From the NCBI RefSeq assembly GCF_036588685.1, contig NC_086374.1, positions 23,994,001-24,058,000 on the forward strand: 64,000 nucleotides of DNA, given 5' to 3'. Positions within the stretch are counted from its first letter, which is position 1. Each line of letters opens with the position of its first letter. The DNA is from Mytilus trossulus. Taxonomy: Eukaryota. This document shows positions 40,001 to 53,146 of this stretch, piece after piece. Made by a program: the position numbers and the translations under genes. The notes under the pieces were generated by a model that did no database searches, was not told where the DNA came from, and worked only from the letters and a program-made list of their open reading frames with translations.

Positions 40001-43000
40001 GTTTTGTCATAGCATTGCCAATCAGTTTTTTAGACTGTTGGTCGTCTTTTGATCGTCTTATGGTTTTGTCATAGCATTGCCAATCAGTTTTTGTAGACTG
40101 TTGGTCGACTTTTGATCATCTTATAGTTTTGTCATAGCATTGTCAATCAGTTTTGTAGACTGTTGGTCGTCTTTTGATCGTCTTCTAGTTTTGTCATAGC
40201 ATTGTCAATCAGTTTTTGTAGACTGTTCGTCGACTTTTGATCGTCTTATAGTTTTGTCATAGCATTGTCAATCAGATGGTTTTGTCATAGCATTGTCAAT
40301 CAGTATTTGTAGACTGTTGGTCGTCTTCTGATCATCTTATAGTTTTGTCATAGCATTGTCAATCAGTTTTTGTAGACTGTTCGTCGACTTTTGATCGTCT
40401 TATAGTTTTGTCATAGCATTGTCAATCAGATGGTTTTGTCATAGCATTGTCAATCAGTTTTGTAGACTGTTGGTCGACTTTTGATCATCTTATAGTTTTG
40501 TCATAGCATTGTCAATCAGTTTTTGTAGACTGTTGGTCGTCTTTTGATCGTCTTATAGTTTTGTCATAGCATTGTCAATCAGTTTTTGTAGACTGTTCGT
40601 CGACTTTTGATCGTCTTATGGTTTTGTCATAGCATTGTCAATCAGTTTTGTAGACTGTTGGTCGTCTTTTGATCGTCTTATAGTTTTGTCATAGCATTGT
40701 CAATCAGTTTTGTAGACTGTTGGTCGACTTTTGATCATCTTATAGTTTTGTCATAGCATTGTCAATCAGTTTTGTAGACTGTTGGTCGTCTTTTGATCGT
40801 CTTATAGTTTTGTCATAGCATTGTCAATCAGTTTTGTAGACTGTTGGTCGTCTTTTGATCATCTTATAGTTTTGTCATAGCATTGTCAATCAGTTTTGTA
40901 GACTGTTGGTCGTCTTTTGATCGTCTTATAGTTTTGTCATAGCATTGTCAATCAGTTTTGTAGACTGTTGGTCGTCTTTTGATCATCTTATAGTTTTGTC
41001 ATAGCATTGTCAATCAGTTTTGTAGACTGTTGGTCGACTTTTGATCGTCTTATAGTTTTGTCATAGCATTGTCAATCAGTTTTTGTAGACTGTTGGTCGT
41101 CTTTTGATCGTCTTATAGTTTTGTCATAGCATTGTCAATCAGATGGTTTTGTCATAGTATTGTCAATCAGTTTTTGTAGACTGTTGGTCGTCTTTTGATC
41201 ATCTTATGGTTTTGTCATAGCATTGTCAATCAGTTTTTGTAGACTGTTGGTCGTCTTTTGATTAGCTTATTGTTTTGTTATAGCATTGTCAATCAGTTTT
41301 TGACTAATGAGTGTGACTACCCGCCTCTCTTTTTATCACTTAGATATACACTTCTCTTATTTATGTTTTCTTTTTAACGAGGTCGTGAGATGTTTATCGA
41401 CACTAGCTGATACACGAGTATTTCTGTTTTCAGTGATATTTTTTAACAATGTCATTAAGCGGGAGGTTATCTTACCTTAAAACGAGGTTCAACCCACCAT
41501 CTTTTCTTTGTACCGAGTCGGGAATATTGCATTTGTTGACTTATAGTTCGTTGCTGTGTATGTTGGCGATTGTTTTTGTTGCACTTCAGTGTTCCTGTTG
41601 TATCTTTGTTTTCCTCTTATAGTTGATATGTTAGTTTGTAACCCGGATTTGTTTTATTTCAATCGATTTATGACTTTTGAACACTGGTATACTTTACTGT
41701 TGCCTTTATATATAACATAACTTCATATGTTTTGCTATCTTAATATGAACACTTATGGTCCTACATCCTGTCAATTCTTGTATTGTGTTCAAACAATCAA
41801 TTTCACACCGTATGATTTTAATCATATATAATATTTTAAAGATACTTTTAAACCATAATTGTTCACATCTTAAATATGTTCATTTTTTGTTTTGTTAGAA
41901 AAAGGCCAACTCTAATGCTTATTATGCGACAGTAGAGATATCATACAGCGACGAGTCTGGAGTTAGACGTGTGGTAGACACATACATTGTAACGTGTACA
42001 TATGATACCCACAACGACAGTATATCATCAGTCATAGAAGTATCCAGATCGTATGTATATATATATATATATGTAAATTATGCTGTGTCTATGGTAGAAT
42101 TTGTTTGTGTGTTTTTTTTCCTGTGTTATATGATTTTCTCGATTTCAGTATTTGAAGACAGAACCTTTCCTTGCACTAGTATAAGATATATTCCAAATCT
42201 GGATGTATATAGATATATAAGAATATGTGGTATGCGTGCCTATGAGACAACTCTCGGGACATCCAAGTCACAATTTGTAAAAGTAAACCATTATAGGTCA
42301 AAGTACGGTCTTCAACACGGAGCCTTGGCTCACACCGAACAGCAAGCTATAAAGGGCCCCAAAAATGACTAGTGTGAAACCATTCAAACCGGAAAACCAA
42401 CGGTCTAATCTATATAAAAATCTAGAAATACTTATATGAAGCACACCAACAAACGACTACTGAACATGTATGTACGAATAACAGGATGGATGTGTAGAAT
42501 TGGAACAATCAGTTACTAGTACTTAATTTAACTTTATGTCCTATTTAGTCTGGTTCCAACGAAACAGTTACAGAGTCATATAGGACATACTGCAAGCTCA
42601 GCATTTACTATGGAAGTTCAGGATGTCTTAGGACGCACAATTACTGGAAATATAGGTTTCAGAACAAAAATACGACTGGTGATAACTATGTCTGGTAAGC
42701 GATTTTTTCATTTAGACTTTTAGTAGTTTCTATAGTAGAATTGCAGAAATATAATGCTTTGATAATCAATAACAGGATGCATTGATTTAAAAAAAAATGA
42801 ATATGAAATGGTTACAAGTGCTATTTTAATTCTTAAAATTAATGTAACTTTGGTAAAGGATCATATAGTAATAATCTAGATACAAACAGAACGGTAGAAT
42901 ATATGTCATGCACACCTGAATAAGTGGGCAAGATAATATTGTTGTCGTTTACTTGATATTGTAGGTACAGCCACAGAGAAAGGTTTTAAAGTAGTCAATT

Positions 43001-46000
43001 GCGAAGGAATTACAGAAGGCTCAAGTCATAAATACTCTTTTTTGCGATCAGGGTAAGTGGCATAATTATAAAACCCAACAAGGAGCTAGGGTCAATTACC
43101 TCTGATTTTTTTTTCTTCCGCATACGTGTTCACTGAAGTCCGAAAAATGGTGATTTTTTATATTACTAGTATTATTATTATCAGGCTGAATGCTATATAC
43201 ATACTTAAGTGATTGTGGAATAAATGTGTTTTACAACTGCTAAAATTGCATGCATTTGAAGACAATTTTCTTAGAATTATGCATATTTAAATTTCTTTTA
43301 TTTTATATTTTGCAGGTAAGGACACCTTTTACATAAACCTTGAAGACACTATGTATTTTGTTATTTTTTTTATGTATAAACTTAATTCTCAGTTAAGAAC
43401 GTCCTTCTTGTTTATTTGATTTTCATCGAGTCATTTTCATACTAACTTGGTTTTCATCCTGGGAAATAATGTTTAATGTATTAACCTTATCAAAGAATTC
43501 GCAATCTACATTTTTTTTTATTCTCTTAAATTTTTGGTATAGATGTGGTGACGGATATGTTCTGGAGAGTGATAAAGGGTTTGAGACAGACGGTCTGGTT
43601 GCAAGAAGTCCATACTTCAAGTCTTTCATGTTGTATAGTAGTACCTCTCTATCCTTCCAATGTACTTTTAACACCTGTGAGGAAAAGTGTGATGGAGTAA
43701 GTACGTTAACACTACTCATTTAGAGAACAAATTTGTATCATTCAAGTGTTCACTCGGCGTTGTTTAACACCGTGGTTTTAAAAATGTTGTTAGTCTAAGA
43801 ATTTATTTTTGTAATGCTTGAGTTATTTTAAATAAGAAATCAAAGGACAAACGTGTCAGCTATTATTTTGTATGCATGATCCGGTGATTTTGTTCAGCTT
43901 TTCTGGAAAATCATATTATTTCTGCTTTATGGCGTCAATAGATCTGACCTGGCGATATCAGATGACTAAACACCGCCTGTTTTTCAGCTAAGGCTATCCT
44001 ACTCCGAAGTGATCTTGCTCATGTAATCAGCCGTTTGAACATATGCGTGTTTTTGTTTACTTGTTTGCTTTATTTCATTCACTGACGGCAAAAAGATTCA
44101 TTCTGTGACTTTCGAACCTGGATAACCTATCCAACACTCTTCTGGAACGTTCATGTCGTGTTCATATATATTATGGCGTGATTAAATGAGCAATTGGATT
44201 ATCTTTCATTAATATTTTCTATCAACGAGAAATTAAAGAAATTTATATGTAGTGATAATGTTAACGGTTTATGTGACATTTGTTGTTAAACCTTTATCTT
44301 CAAGACTTTTCACATTAATTCAATAATAAATAATAAAGCTGGCAAGACCGTTTAAAATGCAATTTTTTTTTTAAAACCGGCAAGAACTTAAAAGCTTTGA
44401 TAGCTTAAACATATTTTGGTTGCTTAAATATAGATAAGACACAAGTTAATGAAACTTATTTTAAAAATCTTCATTAAGCTCTATAATACAAACATGTCAA
44501 ATAGAGTCGGGGGAAAACACAAGCATAATTATGATGAATGACAGTCTAATGTCTTGTCAACATTTAAAGGATTTTGTTATAAAATAGTCCTTTCTCAATC
44601 TTCTCCGATTTCAAGGCGATATTCTCATACTATAAAAAAAAAAAAAAAAAAAGAAGATGCAGTGGTATGATTGCCAATGAGACAAATCTCCACAAGAGAC
44701 CAAAATGACAAAGAAATTAACAACTATATGTCACCGTACGGGCTTCAACAATGAGCATTGCCCATACAGCAAAGTCAGCTATAAAAGGCCCCGTAATGAC
44801 AATGTAAAGCAATGCAAACGAGAAAACTAACGGCCTTATTTATATAAAAAATGAACGAAAAACAAATATGTAACACATGAACAAACGACAACCACTAGAT
44901 AGAGTTTAATGGCGACTTTCCTTGTCGGTATTGTGGGATATATGCTCATACGTACGAGCATCTAGTTTATATATGGCTGAATTTTAATCAGATTGATCCT
45001 TTCTGATTTTTGAATAAAATCGATTTATCATTTGCCGAAATCTTGAACCACTGATGTTATTGTTATTGTTATGCTCTTCCTGAACCAATTATTGGAAATT
45101 AAAAAAAAACATCATTATATTTTTTTAGGATTCGTGTACTCATTATTTCAAAGGAAGAAGACGTCGCAAAAGAGATGGAAATCATTTAGGATATATTTCT
45201 GGAACTGAAGGTTTTTATGATTTGTTTACATTTCGTCACAAATCGTACACCCTAAGCTACTTACATGTGCAGCTAATTTTTTACCATATATGAATCATCC
45301 GCCCGTAGAGTACACACTACAGTTTAATGCTTTTGTATTTCTAAACTAAAGTCTGATTAATTGCCATCAAAGACCATCTAAGTTTCGAGAAATGGTATGA
45401 GTTTCTAGTCCACAGATGATTTTGATCTATGTTTTATTTGACTGTGTCACTGTCATATATATTTTATCTACACAGACCACTTTGATAACATTGCGTTAAG
45501 AACAAAGATTTACGGTCTCCACTTGTATTGTAAGATATCCATTTTACTGTTCTTTCATTTGTCTTTGTTCTATTATTAATATTACTTTTACTGTTGAATG
45601 GTTTTATTTGATATCCGTTTGACGTGGCTCGGTACTTATACATCTCGTTAATGTGTGTGTATTGGCTTTCATTTTTTGGTGGTTTGTTTTATATATGCGA
45701 CTCTGTATTTCTTTTGTTCTTATTACTTGACCCTGTTCTTTAAAAGATCCCGTCAGTATTATTTTGGTCTATTATATGTCATTATGATATATTTCTATTA
45801 TGACTGATTACTAGAGTGGGGTGCTCATTTTCGCCGGGGACACAATTTCGCCGTTTTTGGATTTTGAGGTGTAAAAACTTCAAAGGATGGCTGAAATGGA
45901 AGAAATGTACCGGTAAATTATATTTTTATTACAAATATGATATTTTTTTAAACTGGAACAAAATCGAAGTATTTCTAAGTAAACATTTGACTGAATGCCC

Positions 46001-48905
46001 TAATTTTGAATTCTTTACACCTTTGAAATGTCTGCTATTCATCTATAATGCAATTGATTTGATAAAAATTGTTAAAAGCTGCGGTTATTTTTTTTTAAAT
46101 AGATGTGTAAAAACGGCGAATATGTGTCCCCCATTGACAAAACATCCGTAAATTTCATACACCCTTTAATCTAACTTTTCAGATGATTTTTTTCAAACAA
46201 ACCCGTTTTCAAGCTTAAGAATATTTTGCATTTGAAGTTATCTTCATATAGAAATATCAGTATACTTAAAAAACATTTAGACCTGCCCATAAACTGTAGA
46301 AAACATGGAAAGATGTGGCGAAAATGAGCACCCCACTCTATATATGTTGAACCACAAACGTCAAAGTCATTCAATCGCGTTGTGGAATTAACTATTTTTG
46401 GATTCTCATAAATTCTACCTATAACTTTTGGACTAGTTTAAATCTCGGTCTATTTCTGTAATTTGTTCTTACCGTACTTTTGATTTTTTAACTCTGTATG
46501 CTTACATTGCCTATGTAAATTTTAAAACTGTTTGTATATTGTCCCTTTTAAAATTGTTATGCGATGATGACTGATGTACCCATATTTTGACTATTTTATT
46601 AATTGTGACTGTTTATTCTTTACGTGACTTTTACGTCTATATTGTGTACCATTCTTTACATCTATATCTTGTAGTGTACCATTCTTTACATCTATATTTT
46701 GTACCATTCTTTACATCTATATTTTGTACCATTCTTTACATCTATATTTTGTACCATTCTTTACGTCTATATTTTGTACCATTCTTTACATCTATATTTT
46801 GTACCATTCTTTACATCTATATTTTGTACCATTCTTTACATCTATATTTTGTACCATTCTTTACGTCTATATTTTGTACCATTCTTTACATCTATATTTT
46901 GTACCATTCTTTACGTCTATATTTTGTACCATTCTTTACATCTATATTTTGTACCATTCTTTACATCTATATTTTGTACCATTCTTTACCTCTATATTTT
47001 GTACCATTCTTTACATCTATATCTTGTGCCATTCTTTACGAGACTTTTACGTCTATATTGTGTACCATTCTTTACATCTATATTTTGTACCATTCTTTAC
47101 ATCTATATTTTGTACCATTCTTTACATCTATATTTTGTACCATTCTTTACATCTATATTTTGTACCATTCTTTACATCTATATTTTGTACCATTCTTTAC
47201 CTCTATATTTTGTACCATTCTTTACATCTATATCTTGTGCCATTCTTTACGAGACTTTTACGTCTATATTGTGTACCATTCTTTACATCTATATTTTGTA
47301 CCATTCTTTACGTCTATATTTTGTACCATTCTTTACATCTATATTTTGTACCATTCTTTACGTCTATATTTTGTACCATTCTCTACATCTATATTTTGTA
47401 CCATTCTTTACATCTATATTTTGTACCATTCTTTACATCTATATTTTGTACCATTCTTTACATCTATATTTTGTACCATTCTTTACATCTATATTTTGTA
47501 CCATTCTTTACCTCTATATTTTGTACCATTCTTTACATCTATATCTTGTGCCATTCTTTACGAGACTTTTACGTCTATATTGTGTACCATTCTTTACATC
47601 TATATTTTGTACCATTCTTTACGTCTATATTTTGTACCATTCTTTACATCTATATTTTGTACCATTCTTTACGTCTATATTTTGTACCATTCTCTACATC
47701 TATATTTTGTACCATTCTTTACCTCTATATTTTGTACCATTCTTTACCTCTATATTTTGTACCATTCTTTACCTCTATATTTTGTACCATTCTTTACATC
47801 TATATTTTGTACCATTCTTTACATCTATATTTTGTACCATTCTTTACCTCTATATTTTGTACCATTCTTTACATCTATATCTTGTGCCATTCTTTACGAG
47901 ACTTTTACGTCTATATTGTGTACCATTCTTTACATCTATATTTTGTACCATTCTTTACGTCTATATTTTGTACCATTCTTTACATCTATATTTTGTACCA
48001 TTCTTTACGTCTATATTTTGTACCATTCTCTACATCTATATTTTGTACCATTCTTTACATCTATATTTTGTACCATTCTTTACATCTATATTTTGTACCA
48101 TTCTTTACATCTATATCTTATACCATTCTTTTTAAATCTTATTCCATTATTCGAAGACATCCAAAAAAAAAAATCATGATGAATTCATTCTGTCCTCTTT
48201 TATTTTATTTTTAAATAGACATAACAATGAATAAATATTACAGTACATGTCATATCCTATTGTCAGATATTTAGATTTGAGTAGCATATTTAACTCATTA
48301 TTTGTTATTAATTTTATATACCCAGGACATTGAATATACAATTAATGTAAATGTCATTTCTTATTGACTGATTAAACCTGTGTCTTTTTTTATTCTCAGA
48401 TATCAAGAATGAAGAAAACAAAGTTCAGACAGCAGTTATACGAGTTACTGGTCCAGATATTAGTAAAACTACAAACCCAGGCGTGTCGTCTCAATCAGAC
48501 AAACCATTGCAGTCCACAATATTGGAACCAGTCAAAAGTTCTAAAAGAATAACTGTTTTAAAACCATACAATAATTTTAAAAAGAACGCTGTTCATGGAC
48601 TGCAAAATAATATAACAAGATCAGCTAAATTATCAAATATGTTCACTAAAATGTTCCTACCTGCACAGCACCAAACAAAATCTACAATAAACCTAAACAC
48701 CCATTCTTCCAAGAAAAGGTTCACACATGACCAAATTGGAGCAATAGTGGGCTGTTCATCGTTCCTTCTGATGATAGGACTATTTTTAGGCATTACTTTA
48801 TGGCATATTAAGCAAAAGAATAACATTGAATCACAATACCGTACTCTCAGGGTTTCTGATGTTAGTAGCTTGAAGGTTCATTTACTCGACAATGATGAAG
48901 AGTAA
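37091..48905 (+). CDS. ZP-domain (vitelline-envelope/VERL-like) transmembrane precursor, 467 aa. Exons 37091-37138, 38427-38463, 39245-39435, 41899-42050, 42549-42694, 42965-43052, 43543-43696, 45129-45210, 48400-48905.
   Basis: All introns are GT-AG with consistent phases and the CDS totals 1404 nt. Signal peptide MAIVLLVLLISYAVPNILC; four-Cys ZP-N-like region; ZP-C-like motif SGCGDG..GFETDGLVARSPYFKSF..FQCTFNTCEEKCDGDSC; furin site RRRRKR; hydrophobic patch VQTAVIRV; TM helix IGAIVGCSSFLLMIGLFLGITLW. Confidence 0.85.
39467..41303. repeat. Intronic satellite, ~61-62-bp unit (TTTTGTAGACTGTTGGTCGTCTTTTGATCGTCTTATAGTTTTGTCATAGCATTGTCAATCAG), about 30 copies with interspersed half-units
   Basis: Directly visible; starts about 30 nt after the ZP exon 3 donor. 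Confidence 0.95.
45812..46340. mobile_element. MITE with 24-bp perfect TIRs and TAG...CTA ends (Academ-like termini)
   Basis: TAGAGTGGGGTGCTCATTTTCGCC at 45812 and GGCGAAAATGAGCACCCCACTCTA ending at 46340. Confidence 0.8.
46615..48130. repeat. Intronic minisatellite, 25-bp unit TGTACCATTCTTTACATCTATATTT, about 58 copies
   Basis: Directly visible. A variant unit containing CGAGACTTTT recurs at about 47040, 47250, 47561 and 47897. Confidence 0.95.
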
Positions 48906-49604
48906 TACTGTTGTATTTAATTTGTAATATGATTAAAAGTGTTGGGGGAAAATATGTGTTCTCTTGTTATTTGTAGCAAAGGTAAAATATGATTGTAGTT
49001 CATCTCGAAAAAAAACCCCACAAACACCAAAAGATAAAAAAAAAAAAAAGCAATCACAAATAACAAGCAGCCATTGTTAGAGGTTAATCCGGCATATTTA
49101 TAAAAAGAGAGAATTTTAAAATGAGATTTAAAAAGAAAAAAAACATGTTTTAATTTTGATATGTGATGCGTGGAAAAGAAATCTGTTCCTTTCCGTTTGT
49201 TTTATGTGAACTATAATAGATTGAAGGACAATTGATTGCTCTTTTGATTTTAGTTACATTATAATCACCTTAATGTTGTGCATTTTTTTTTTGGTAAGTA
49301 CAAGGGGAAAACCGAGACATATGTCTGACTTAAAATGATAAACTGAAACAATGCAGATTAATACAAGAGCCAATCAAATGTAGAAAAAAAACCAAATATG
49401 TTCCACATTTCTGAAGATTTGTTTTTATTAGGGTAACAATAAAGGGATTCATTGCTTATATCTTTGTTCAGTCGAAAATTCAAATTAAAGACTCTCAAAT
49501 CATTTCGAATACAAGATTATATATATAAAGGTCAGGATCTCGGACAGCAGATTTTTAGAGAGATTCCACACAGTCCGCTTCACCATTTATTTTGAATTTA
49601 TGAT

Positions 49605-49850
49605 CAGCAGGATTTTACACCAGGGATTTCGATACCATAAAACATTTACTAAATTTTATCATCGGTACAAGGACATCGTTCGTAAATATAAATCAACGTG
49701 CAGACATTTTTAATGTTCTGGTTTTTCACATCCCATCTTTTATGGTTATATTCTATACAATGCATGACAATGTCGCTATTCACCCCAAACCTAACCTAAA
49801 CTTTAAACAGAATTATTCAGAATGGATTTATTTACGATACTGTCAGTCAA
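49605..49850 (+). mobile_element. Penelope-like RT C-terminal relic
   Basis: Translates as LHQGFRYHKTFTKFYHRYKDIVRKYKSTCRH..SGFSHPIFYGYILY..LNRIIQNGFIYDTV with stops. It resembles the region after the RT thumb in invertebrate PLE ORFs. Confidence 0.6.
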
Positions 49851-50169
49851 ATTACTGTGTATTGCTGTGTTTTTGTATATTCCACATTGGCTAGTGGTAG
49901 AGGGGAGGGTTGATATCTCAAATTAATGTTAACACCCCCTTTTCCAGCATGTTTGCACCTGATCTTATTCAGGACTGTTGGTCTTTGTAAGTCCAGTGTG
50001 TTTTTTTTCTAATTTTTGTTCGTTTAAATTTTTCGGACTTTAGTGTGTTGTTCGTTAGCTGAACTAGTATACGTTTATTGTTCAGGGGCCAGCTGAAGCT
50101 GTGCTGAAGACCCAAAATACATGTAACAGTTACAGATTTTCAAGATAAGCGCTTCAGCTTATAAAAAGA

Positions 50170-50310
50170 AATCCATATGCTCTTCAACTTCGCACTTCAT
50201 TTGACTTTCTTAACTTTTTTGATTCGATGACCACTGACGAGTCTTTTGTAGACGAAACGCGCATCAGGCGTACAAAATTTCAATCCCGGTATCTATGACG
50301 AGTTTATTTG
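50170..50310 (+). ncRNA. Second copy of the hammerhead-containing repeat; degenerate ribozyme at about 50228-50271
   Basis: CTGACGA (50234-50240), GTCT-TTTGT-AGAC, GAAA, CGCGCA, TC, AGGCGT. Stems I and III carry mismatches relative to the copy at 34-77. Confidence 0.7.
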
Positions 50311-50827
50311 GTTCCTCCTTCTCATTTTGCTATGATCGACAGCTAAATTTTAGGCAAATATGCCTATATTAGACCATATAATGATATCCTCGTGCAATTT
50401 TTTTAAAATTATTCTTTTAATTATTCTTGCAACAAATTTTAAAATGTGCAAAGGATGGGTGTAATTGCGCTTTTTACGAAGCAGTTTATCTTATATTGGG
50501 ATCTCGAATTCAAATTGTTTTTTTCTTTGAGGTCCTAAATGGGCATCCTTAGTTTTTTTTGGGATTACTCGACTTTTCCTTTAGACAAAACAAAACAACA
50601 AAAAGCACGAAAACGAAAACGGGAAATGGTTTTCGCCTAGAGTTTCAAAGTTGCCTTTCTGTTTTCTTGCTCTGAAAAAAGTAAACTCGAATTGTATCCC
50701 TGAGTCAAATGTATGAAAACATAAATGTTAGACACGTATTAAAATATATTATCTAATTGCACCATAAACTTTCACCATCTATTAACTTTTGTGATTTGCG
50801 GACACCTTAAGTTCGGCTTCACCTGTC

Positions 50828-50974
50828 CAGGGGCGGATCCAGCCATTTTAAAAAGGGGGGTTCCTAACCCAGGACAAAAAAGGGGGGGTTCCAATTACAT
50901 GTCCCCATTCAAATGCATTGATCGTCCAAAAAAAGGGGGTTCCAACCCCCGGAACCCCCGTGGATCCGCGCCTG
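50828..50974. mobile_element. Short GC-rich MITE with 5-bp TSD CTGTC
   Basis: CAGGGGCGGATCCA ... TGGATCCGCGCCTG; CTGTC at 50823-50827 and 50975-50979. Confidence 0.75.
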
Positions 50975-53146
50975 CTGTCTTTATGGAGAAGGCTTGCATA
51001 GGCTTTGCCTGTTGCCAAATCCAGTACAATCTATAGAATAGAATATTTTTATTTATACATCTATATGTGGCATTGTCCTATATATGTTCCTGAATTAATT
51101 GTTTCATTTTTTTTAACTTATGGGAATATTTCTTATTTTATTTCATCTGTTATAGATCTATTCACTGGCCTTAATACCGTTTATTTTAATTTTATGGTCT
51201 ATTTATAGAGTATTTTTCATTGGTTGTCATAAATAGATCTTGTTAGTGACTAACTATTATTAGATTCCTATGGTATATATATAATTTGTAAACTCAGTTT
51301 TATGCAGAAATTTTGATTTGTTCTTCTTAACGACGAATATCAAATACTTCAGGTAAGAACCAATACTACTTTATAAAATTGTATCTATTATTATTTTCAA
51401 AAATCGATTTCGACTGACCGTTAATATTGATGCGTTGTGTAACCATAATAAATGTTCTTACTCTATGACGTGAACTTTAATTCCCCCCGATAGAGTGGAG
51501 CAAGGAATTACAAATCTTTAAGCGGAGCAGGGGTGGGACAAATAGCAGGTCAGTACAATTCGTAATTTTGTGCCGCCAAGTGGCGGATCCAGAAATAAGG
51601 GGTTTACTGCATGGCTGTCTAAGAACGGCCCCGCCCAGCCAGTCATGCTTCAGTGATTCCCTCAGAAAATTATATGGTACACCGGAATTGTAGTTGTTTG
51701 CAAATGTATGAGGCTAGGCTTCTTAATATCATTTAAGCACTTTTTTCTTTGTGTATTAACTAATTGTCTTGGGTTATGAAGGATCGACACCTCTACTTCA
51801 TGACTTATACTACTTAATAAAAAAACAAGATCAAGTGAATAATAATTAGTAAGATGTATATAGCAGTTCAATACAATACTACAAAGGGAAAAGATGATGT
51901 GAGAAATTCGCAAGTATAGCCCATATCAGTCATATCAAGACCACTAAGAAAGAATATCATTATGATAACGTGAGAAATAAGTTAATTATTATAACATCCA
52001 GTAAATTGCTTTATATTATACACAACATCCTGTACGTGTAATGGTCAGTGTACTTATTTATACATGTATATATAATATAGATTTGATTTCAAATAATCAT
52101 TGAATCACTATTTAAATTTTAGATAGTTATTGAACCCCACACACTGATATTGGTCAGATGCAAAATATTAAGATAGTGCCACGATGTGTGCATGCTCGTT
52201 ATTGGAACAGTACTAGGGATCTCGAGCATTTTACAAAACAAACATATATATATACTTATTGTATTAAAATGTGTGTAAACTATTTTTTTCTACAGGACAT
52301 TAGACAAACCGGCAACAATCAATCGTTTTCAACATGTACAAAATAATCTTTTTAAATTTCGTTTTGCCTCCTTATAAATTTCATGAAATATTTGCCATTT
52401 GACAAAATTGTTAGGCAAACAATCAACAAATCACTAACAAAATCCAAATGAGTTGGATTGCATAGCAGGCCATTACTTGTTACAAGAAAGTGTTTGGACC
52501 GTTAAATTGAAGTAATGTCTGTAAATCTTGGATAGCATTATGACTTGTTATCGATGACGATGTATAGCAGCAATGTTTATGGGCAAAAGTAGCATAAATT
52601 CCTTTGCAGTGTTAAGTATATATAGCTTTCACTTCTTTTCCTATTTTTTTGTTGAATTGTGATTTTTAGTTTATATGTCTTGATGTCCCCCTAACATTGA
52701 AGGGAAGAAAGCATGTAAGCATGGAACAAAAATCTTAGATTATCCTGCTATATGAAAGCTATATGACTTTGTTCTGAAATTGATTTTACGCGGTCTGACT
52801 CTATGTTTTGTTATTCCCCTGCAAGTTTCAAAAGGATTACTCCGACAACGGGTGGCCTTTTTATAGATTTATTGTGGTCCCACAGTCCAAGCGAGTCCCA
52901 AAAAGCAAACTAGACGACACGATTGGAGGATCAATCCTGATGAAGAAACAATCTAACCAAATATAAACTAATTGAAGCCATATAGAACCGTTAGCGACGT
53001 GGTGTAGACTTGACTAAAACGAGTTTTAAAATAGCATTGCTCAGCTGCATCATTTACTCTTTCATAACAGAACGTTGGATATGTTTTTACCATATCCATT
53101 TGAAGTTGCTATCTTTAAGTCTTATTACTTTATTTTACAGATTGAA

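Noticed and set aside
39467-41303. CRISPR-like appearance of regular repeats, here and at 22718, 27803 and 56912
   Set aside because: Units are head-to-tail with no unique spacers, there are no cas genes, and the context is eukaryotic.
46587-48214. Three overlapping 478-530-aa hydrophobic ORFs
   Set aside because: They are artefacts of a stop-free 25-bp tandem repeat read in all three frames, inside a ZP-gene intron.
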